Shown: in pieces, positions 57,768 to 64,000 of the stretch
Position numbering within the stretch: the first letter of the stretch is position 1
Layout: each line of letters opens with the position of its first letter
Assembly (NCBI GenBank): GCA_014240375.1
Contig: JAAZXB010000006.1
Location: 45,592 to 109,591 of the forward strand
Direction: 5' to 3'
From: Planctomycetota bacterium
Lineage (GTDB): Bacteria > Planctomycetota > UBA8108 > UBA1146
Length of the DNA stretch: 64,000 bases
Position numbers and translations under genes: made by a program
The notes under the pieces: model-generated
Told to the model about the DNA's origin: nothing
The model's input: the letters and a program-made list of their open reading frames with translations, nothing else
Databases searched by the model: none

Positions 57768-59515
57768 ACTGGCGGACCACGCTGTTACTGGCACTGATCG
57801 CCGTGGTGATCACTCCGCTGTCGTATCGAGCGGTGCGCGATGCTCGCCCCAGTTACGTGGTCGGGGATGCTCGCCCCTTCTCCTTTGCCATTCCTGCGGT
57901 GGTCTCACTCGAGATCGCTCGAGGAGAGCAGACGATCCGCATCGAGAAGTCTGCCGTGGGATGGGACATCACGGCACCGGTGAGGGATCGAGGACGCTAC
58001 GCATCCATCGAGGACTTGCTGCATCTTCTTCGCGATCTGGAAATACGCGGAGAAGGACCTGACGATCTGAAAAAGTCGGGGCTCGAAACTCCCCACATCG
58101 TCGTCACGGTGGAGAGTCCTTCTCGTGAGTATCGCCTCGAACTGGGGTCGGACCATCCCTCGTTACCGCGAGTCCATGCTCGAGTCGGCGACCGCCCGGT
58201 GCTGATTGCAGCAGAGATTCGCGATGCTCTGCGAGATTTTGAGCTCGATGAACTGAGAGACGATGCGGTCTGCGGGGCTTCGCCCGGCAGGGTCGAGCGA
58301 GTCTTGCTGGAACGTCCCGGTCAGCCTTCGCTCGAACTGGTACGAAGAGGGGTGCACTGGCAACTGGTGGCTCCCTTCACCGCCGATGCGAATCCGGATG
58401 GGGTGGAGCAGTGGCTCACCCGTATCGCTCAGTGGGCAGCCGTGGATTACATCGATCCCCCTTTTGAGAAACCGCTCGGGCTCGAGGCACCGAGAGCGAA
58501 ACTGACGGTGCAACTGAAAGATGGCTCGGTCAAGACGGTCGAGGTCGGGGCACGGTATACCTCGAAGATCTCGCAGACCGTTGCGGTGCGCTGCTCCGGC
58601 CGTGACTCTCCGCTGGTCGCTGCGGGAGTGATGGCACGGGAACTGATCGAGTTCGACGCGTCGCTGCTGGTCAGTCCCTACCTGGTTCGCATCGATCAAC
58701 CAAGGATTCGCGCCCTGTCGCTGACGGACGGTGCTCATGGCAAGGTCGATCTCGAGGTCGATTCTGCTGGTGGGTGGAAAATGCGCTGGGGCGGGGATCG
58801 CACTGCAGTGCCCGCAGATGCGGTACTTGTGGAACGATGGAGCGAGCGGCTGCGTCAATTGAGGGTCACCGACCGCCAGCCGCTCGATCGCTCCTCGCTG
58901 CAGCTGTGGGGATTCGATCGTCCACTGTTGCGAGTGGTGCTGGTGACTGAAGATGGGGATCCTGAAGAGATGATGTTTGGTGCCGAGGTTGCCGAGGGAT
59001 CGGGAATTCTCTATGCCTGGAATCTACGCCAGGAAACGGTGGCACAGGTGAGAGTCGATGACATCGATCAACTGGTCAACGCTCCCTTCTCGTTGAGGGA
59101 CCCTCGGGTCACCTCGATGCCATCTGGAGAGTTACTGCGCTTTCGCATCACCACCGCTACCGGGGAAGCTTTGCTGGCACAGCCTCATCAGACGTGGCGC
59201 TGTCAGGGAAAGGAACAGATCGATCTGCCGCAGCCGGATGTCCGCTGGATCGCCCGAACTCTCTCCCAGCTGGTCGCAAGAAGCTGGGCTCCAGAGGATC
59301 CGACCGCGCCGGGCCCACAGCAGTATCTGTTGAAGGCGGAGTTGTTCGGATTGACCGGGGCTGAGCCACAGGTCACCATCTACCTCGGCCAGAAGGAAGT
59401 GGACGGGGATCGGCGAGCACGGATCGATGACTGGGTTTTCTCGCTGGCCTCTTCCGAGGGCCCCGATCTGGTGAATTTTTGCGATCAGTTCCTCCAGCAG
59501 CTGCAGCAGCAGTAG
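57764..59515 (+). CDS. DUF4340 domain protein
   Basis: MNWRTTLLL; repeated W..TAP / GLE.P / LRD motifs; typical position after GldG. Confidence 0.8.
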   Translation: MNWRTTLLLALIAVVITPLSYRAVRDARPSYVVGDARPFSFAIPAVVSLEIARGEQTIRIEKSAVGWDITAPVRDRGRYASIEDLLHLLRDLEIRGEGPDDLKKSGLETPHIVVTVESPSREYRLELGSDHPSLPRVHARVGDRPVLIAAEIRDALRDFELDELRDDAVCGASPGRVERVLLERPGQPSLELVRRGVHWQLVAPFTADANPDGVEQWLTRIAQWAAVDYIDPPFEKPLGLEAPRAKLTVQLKDGSVKTVEVGARYTSKISQTVAVRCSGRDSPLVAAGVMARELIEFDASLLVSPYLVRIDQPRIRALSLTDGAHGKVDLEVDSAGGWKMRWGGDRTAVPADAVLVERWSERLRQLRVTDRQPLDRSSLQLWGFDRPLLRVVLVTEDGDPEEMMFGAEVAEGSGILYAWNLRQETVAQVRVDDIDQLVNAPFSLRDPRVTSMPSGELLRFRITTATGEALLAQPHQTWRCQGKEQIDLPQPDVRWIARTLSQLVARSWAPEDPTAPGPQQYLLKAELFGLTGAEPQVTIYLGQKEVDGDRRARIDDWVFSLASSEGPDLVNFCDQFLQQLQQQ

Positions 59516-59530
59516 GGAAGGTGGCCACCG

Positions 59531-60886
59531 TTGTTGGATTCCAGCGATCGTAAGTTGTGGCTACTGGTACTGGCGCTTCCCTTTGTCGCCTGGCTGCTCA
59601 TCGATCCCCGACCTGCGCCGACTGTGATCCCACCCCCGGATCGAGTCGACCCACCACCGGTCACCGGGGCGGAAGTGGATTCACATCCCATCCTTCCACC
59701 ACCGGTTCTCATCGACCCACCGAGTGACCCACCGAGTGACCCACCGAGCGACCCACCGAGCGACCCTGAGCCGAGAGTGCTTCCTATTCAGTGCCGGGTC
59801 CGTGGACTGTCTGCCGCCGGAGAACTGTTGCCAGAGGGCACCGAGTTGCCGCTGGAAACCGACGCAGGGACAGTGGTTACCGGGGCTGACGACGGGCTCG
59901 AGGTGGCTGGAGAGGGGTTGCGGTGGATCTCGTCGAATGGCAGCCGGATCCCGGTCGATCTGCCCCCGGGTCAGTGGATTCTCGACTGTACCGCTCAACT
60001 ACCGCTCGCCGATGCCCCGATTCAACTCGATTGGGTGATCCTGGCGCGAGAGGCGCAGGGGCAATTCCCGGCCCGATTGGTGCTCTCGGGAACCACTCCA
60101 CTGCCGGTCGGAATGCGCCTGCTGGTCAAGTTGTCTCATCAGGACCGGACCCTCGATGGTGGATACGAGATCACCGAGGGCGAATCGGTCTGGTGGAACC
60201 GGGCCCTGGTCTCTGACTCGTGGTTTGCCGGCTGTCTGGCGATGAATATCGAGTGGGATCCAAATTTGTTACGAGAATCTCAGCGCTCTGTTCTGGAACC
60301 GCTGTGGCGAGGAATCGCTCGAGGAGAGATCTGGTCCTGGCAAGGATTTCTTTGCATCGATGACCCGGAGGAGGCGCGGCGACAGCAACTGGAAATCTCC
60401 CGCTGGTATGCCGAGGTGCTCGAAGAGGTGCAGGCTTGCCGTGATCTGTTACTGGTGGCCAGTGCCAAGGCACGTGGCAAGAAATCGACGCTGTTGCGCG
60501 ATCCCGAACGTGCCGATCGGGTCTTCGAGCATCCCCTGGCAGCCACCTTCGACCTCCTCGGTCGCGGCAAGAATTTTGATTACAAGCGCTGGCGTCGTCT
60601 CATCGACGAGGTCCTTCCGCAGCGGTGGAGCCAGTGGAGCGGCGCCGGAAGGGTTCCGTATCCCCATCGACAGCCTGCCGCGGCCAAGAATGTGGCGCTG
60701 CTCTTCAATGTTTTGGTGAAATACAGCCGCCTCGAGAGCACGGTGCTTTATGAGGCCCTCGGAAAGCCGCGACACATCCACGATTTCGTGGCGAATTTCG
60801 ACTGGGAGCCGTCGACCGAGCGGAAACAGACGTTGTCGAGATTGAGGAATTTCATCGAGGCGATCCGCCAATCGATCTGGAAGTGA
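59531..60886 (+). CDS. Membrane-anchored hypothetical protein with Pro-rich linker
   Basis: N-terminal TM, DPPS repeats, long ORF in the same operon direction. Confidence 0.65.
   Translation: MLDSSDRKLWLLVLALPFVAWLLIDPRPAPTVIPPPDRVDPPPVTGAEVDSHPILPPPVLIDPPSDPPSDPPSDPPSDPEPRVLPIQCRVRGLSAAGELLPEGTELPLETDAGTVVTGADDGLEVAGEGLRWISSNGSRIPVDLPPGQWILDCTAQLPLADAPIQLDWVILAREAQGQFPARLVLSGTTPLPVGMRLLVKLSHQDRTLDGGYEITEGESVWWNRALVSDSWFAGCLAMNIEWDPNLLRESQRSVLEPLWRGIARGEIWSWQGFLCIDDPEEARRQQLEISRWYAEVLEEVQACRDLLLVASAKARGKKSTLLRDPERADRVFEHPLAATFDLLGRGKNFDYKRWRRLIDEVLPQRWSQWSGAGRVPYPHRQPAAAKNVALLFNVLVKYSRLESTVLYEALGKPRHIHDFVANFDWEPSTERKQTLSRLRNFIEAIRQSIWK
59713..59766. repeat. In-frame 12-bp repeat x4.5 (YGACCCACCGAG)
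   Basis: Read directly. Confidence 0.9.
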
Positions 60887-60911
60887 ACCCCGCCTCCTGG
60901 GTCGCGGATGG

Positions 60912-61760
60912 TCAGAATCGAGCCTGGTCAGGCTTCTGGCCGGTTTTTTTCTCTGACCCCTTCTCGACACCGTTGGCTGGAGTCGATCGATCGGTCGCGT
61001 CTGGTGTTGTCGAATCCGGTGGATCTCGCTGAACCCGCCGGATCTCCAGCTCTCCCTGGCGGTACTGTTCGATGGTGCCCCCAGGGCCGATCCAGATCTT
61101 GGCTTCGAACTCATGAGACAGCACGCTCCATCGGGTGGTCTCGACGGAACCGATTTTTTCGGCCCTGTCCTTTTTCAGTTCCAGTTCGATCGATCGGTAT
61201 TCGCTGGGGATCAGTGCCGTGAACTGGCGTTGATCGGTTCGATCGAGTTGTAGGCCGATCAGCAACCAGTGCTCGAAGGCCTGATTTTCGAGCAGCACCA
61301 TCTTGTCGTGGAAAGGCAGGAATCGATCGATGCGGGTGGCACGGGCCGGATCTTGTACGACGATCCGGATTCGAGAGGTTTCGGGATCGACTTCGCTGGC
61401 CACCACGATCTGTTTTTCTCCCGCACCCGCCGCCCTGATCCAACTCTCACGGTGGGTACCCTTGCTGCGAAGGTTCGACTGGAGAAATCGGGTACGATGG
61501 CGGATCTGCATCGTCCTGCCCGGTTGGCGCCACTGCAATCGGGCCTCGAGGGTCCATTCTTCAGCGGGGGCTGTCGGCATCCGCCAGTGGACACTGGTTT
61601 TTCCGGTGGGCACCCCTTTCTGGGTCCATTGCCATTGGAGAGGCTCTTCCACTGGGTAGGGGAAAGTGACAGGTGGTGCATCGATGACCCCAGGGTTCCC
61701 CGGGTTCGGATCGAGAGGCGATTGGTAAACGGCCATACAGATGAGGAGTGCAATGAGCAA
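60912..61760 (-). CDS. Secreted beta-rich hypothetical protein
   Basis: Likely TTG start at 61760 (LLIALLICMA signal); beta-strand pattern resembles LolA/DUF3108-like folds. Confidence 0.55.
   Translation of the reverse strand: MLIALLICMAVYQSPLDPNPGNPGVIDAPPVTFPYPVEEPLQWQWTQKGVPTGKTSVHWRMPTAPAEEWTLEARLQWRQPGRTMQIRHRTRFLQSNLRSKGTHRESWIRAAGAGEKQIVVASEVDPETSRIRIVVQDPARATRIDRFLPFHDKMVLLENQAFEHWLLIGLQLDRTDQRQFTALIPSEYRSIELELKKDRAEKIGSVETTRWSVLSHEFEAKIWIGPGGTIEQYRQGELEIRRVQRDPPDSTTPDATDRSTPANGVEKGSEKKTGQKPDQARF
60921..60950 (+). terminator. Possible intrinsic terminator of the Gld-like operon
   Basis: CTGGTCAG/CTGGCCGG stem with GU pairs followed by T7. Confidence 0.4.
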
Positions 61761-61990
61761 AGGGGAGGACCTTTCTTGTCTGATTAGGCGCTCGGAAAAC
61801 TGGAGCCGTGCAATTTTGATGGGGTTTGTGGTACGATCCAATCTTGCTCGGATGGAGTTCTCAAGGCAAGTCCCAAACCTGTCTATCCTCGGGACTTGAA
61901 GTGAACCCACTTGACGTGGTGAGGGGGGGCCCCCCGCGTCTGATTCGGTGTATTGCCCGATCCAATGGTCGGAATTCGCAATGCCACAGG

Positions 61991-62022
61991 AGTGACCGAA
62001 GTGACCGAAGTGACCGAAGTGA
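61991..62022. repeat. 9-bp tandem repeat x3.5 (AGTGACCGA)
   Basis: Read directly; divergent intergenic region. Confidence 0.88.
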
Positions 62023-62065
62023 TCTAGTTTCTCTCCGCTTCTGCGGGGGAGAGACGCGGGAAGGA

Positions 62066-63079
62066 ATGTTGATGCGCAAGGATCTGTCCCTCATTCGCCG
62101 CCTGGAAAAAATCGAGAAGGAACTGGGATACTGCCAGATTAAACTCGAGAAGGAGCAGCGCCTCGCGACACGAGTACATTTTCTGAGAGCTCACCGCGAC
62201 CGATTGCTGGAGGTTCTGGATCTTTTTCCAGAGCAGGATTCTGGTTCCGGAGACCGTCTCTGCGGATTGTCGTTCAGCGAGATCTCCTCTCGCATCATGG
62301 ATGAAGACAAGCATCTCGATCTCGAGCCGCTAAGGAACTCCTTTCTGGCCATCGGTATGCGTCCTGAAGTCACCACCGAACTGGAGGAACTGGAAGTCGA
62401 GATCAAAGACGTTTCAGAACGCCTTTCGACTTTCCGTGTTTTCCACGACAAGGTTGCTGGGCTTCAGTCGGAGCGAAGACATGCACTCAGTAGTTTCGAT
62501 CTCTCCGGCGACGAACCCGTCCTGGCGATCTCCGATGAATTCGAAGTGACCGAGAACGACTGGAATGTGCTGACCGAAGATCTTACCAATCTGGATGACG
62601 CACTTTTCAATGTCAGTCGTACCAAGGATTATCTCACTTCGGCACGAAACTTTGTGCTGCATGCTCGTAGCCATTATTCGGTTCCGGATTGGATCGAAAA
62701 AGGTTACCTCGTCGACCTGCTGAAGCACTCGACCATCGGACGGATCCGAGAGATGCTGGAGGGCGGAGAGCGCAACTTGAAGACCGCTTTGAGTGAACTG
62801 ATTTGCCTCGATAACTATCCGCTTGTCGCAGACGATTTCAAACCGATCCTTCGCCCCTTCTACCGGTTGCTCTTTGATGATGTCTTTCACCAGACGAAGT
62901 TTCAGGATGTACTGCAACTGATCGAGGAGAGACTCGACCGCTCGACGCGACTTCACGATCAGCTGGAGAAGTCGCGGGAGAAGGTGTATCAGACTCAAGT
63001 CCTGAAGGAAAAGGCGCGCGAAAGCCTGTTCCACCGGATCGGCGATGAGCGCAGGAAACTGCGCCTGACCACTATCTGA
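62066..63079 (+). CDS. Coiled-coil hypothetical protein
   Basis: GGAAGGA RBS; Leu/Glu/Arg-rich heptads throughout. Confidence 0.7.
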   Translation: MLMRKDLSLIRRLEKIEKELGYCQIKLEKEQRLATRVHFLRAHRDRLLEVLDLFPEQDSGSGDRLCGLSFSEISSRIMDEDKHLDLEPLRNSFLAIGMRPEVTTELEELEVEIKDVSERLSTFRVFHDKVAGLQSERRHALSSFDLSGDEPVLAISDEFEVTENDWNVLTEDLTNLDDALFNVSRTKDYLTSARNFVLHARSHYSVPDWIEKGYLVDLLKHSTIGRIREMLEGGERNLKTALSELICLDNYPLVADDFKPILRPFYRLLFDDVFHQTKFQDVLQLIEERLDRSTRLHDQLEKSREKVYQTQVLKEKARESLFHRIGDERRKLRLTTI

Positions 63080-63237
63080 GTTTGACCCTGAGTCTGACCC
63101 TGAGTCTTGCCTGGGCCTTGCCTGGGCCTTGCCTGGGCCTTGCCTCGTGTCGGCGATTCCGGAGGAGGAATCGCCTCATCGAGTCCATCGCCTCATCGAG
63201 TCCATCGCCTCATCGAGTCCAACGCCTCATCGAGTCC
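63076..63237. repeat. Three stacked tandem arrays: 12-bp x2.7, 11-bp x3.6, 17-bp x4
   Basis: CTGAGTYTGACC (63076-63108), CTTGCCTGGGC (63106-63145), ATCGCCTCATCGAGTCC (63170-63237). Confidence 0.92.
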
Positions 63238-64000
63238 ACAGTGCGTCCTTTCCCAGCCAACTTTCGAGTTGCTGTTGCGCTTGCTCTACCGTCTCCGAGT
63301 GATTTCCGGTGAGCAGCGCACGGCCGTCGCGGTAGCAGATCAGCGAACCGGAGGGGCCGTCGCTGCGGATCGCGGCGGCACTCCGATGCCAGCGGATTTC
63401 ACAATCCAGTTGTCGCAGGCGTGATTCAATCTCATCCAGATCGAGTTGCAACCAGGTCTCCACCGACCCACTGCCGCACAATTTCCTCAAGTGCACTCCC
63501 GATCTTTCTTGTCGGTCAGAAACGGTGCTCTGCGATCGCAGCCCACAGCGGGGACAGTCGGGATCGCTTTCCAGCTCGACAGTCTTTTCTCCATCTGCAA
63601 TGTTGCCTCGAAGGATGGTCCGGCGGGTTGAAGCTGGAGATTCTTGAATGAGGTTGTCCAGGTGGGGGCGTCGGAGTTCCTTCACCAGTAACCGGATCGC
63701 AGCTGCGGCTGCGGCGAGGCAGGCGACCGGCAGCACCCCGTCCGATTCACAGGTTCCGATGGCGCCCGGCGCGGGAGATTCAGCAACCCAGCAGTGGTAA
63801 CAAGGAGTTCCGGGGGGCAAGAACGACGCTGCGACCCAGCGATCTGAGATGGCGCCGCTATGAATCCACCCAACCCCCGTTTGCATGGCGGTCTGATCGA
63901 TGAGAGTTCTGGCTGCGATATGATCGGTCGCATCCATCACCACGTCGTGTGCGAGAAAGTGAGCCTCTGCATTGGTCGGGGTGAGCATCTCGGGAATCAT
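63227..64000 (-). CDS. ThiF/MoeB family adenylyltransferase (5'-truncated by window edge)
   Basis: DATD...R..I, TPCYHC, TCESDGVL, CPRC; C-terminal extension LCG...DGRALL. Confidence 0.88.
   Translation of the reverse strand: MIPEMLTPTNAEAHFLAHDVVMDATDHIAARTLIDQTAMQTGVGWIHSGAISDRWVAASFLPPGTPCYHCWVAESPAPGAIGTCESDGVLPVACLAAAAAAIRLLVKELRRPHLDNLIQESPASTRRTILRGNIADGEKTVELESDPDCPRCGLRSQSTVSDRQERSGVHLRKLCGSGSVETWLQLDLDEIESRLRQLDCEIRWHRSAAAIRSDGPSGSLICYRDGRALLTGNHSETVEQAQQQLESWLGKDALWTR

Noticed and set aside
63076-63237. CRISPR array (also considered for the arrays at 6402, 32998 and 48695)
   Set aside because: Units are 9-17 bp, directly adjacent, with no unique spacers and no cas genes
1-64000. 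tRNA, rRNA, tmRNA, RNase P, SRP, prophage or defence island
   Set aside because: No diagnostic motifs seen by eye, and composition and gene content look like core chromosome; a covariance-model scan is needed to exclude divergent RNAs

Overview
Gene-dense chromosomal segment with about 60 CDS, GC-rich and mostly housekeeping. It is most likely from an uncultured Planctomycetota-type bacterium; this is an inference from the dockerin-like C-terminus at 25442-26788, the DUF1570-like peptidase, and the planctomycete-style ABC accessory and Gld-like modules. It encodes fabI, nadE, gltA, Moco genes (moaA/D/E and a MoeB/ThiF-like gene), queA, add, pyk, tdh-kbl, hisS, a lone ThDP E1-alpha, an IscA-like carrier, Mrp, ino1, rpsU, lnt and rpoN. 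It also holds two ABC-2-type systems and a lipid A/heptose LPS cluster (LpxL-like, LpxJ/DUF374-like, two GT9 heptosyltransferases, lpxK, hldE). I saw no rRNA, tRNA, CRISPR, prophage or intact IS element. The most unusual part lies inside the LPS cluster: a catalytically degenerate FGGY kinase, an ADP-ribosylglycohydrolase lacking its catalytic aspartates, a stand-alone MshEN-like micro-protein, a deoxyhypusine-synthase-like protein and two PilT ATPases (one with an MshEN-like N-terminus). Other items worth checking are a basic protein with tandem transposase-type HTH domains, a LeuD-LeuC fusion, a cohesin-plus-dockerin secreted protein, two candidate structured RNAs, probable CTG starts and many short tandem duplications. 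All family calls come from motif recognition by eye; no database searches were run.
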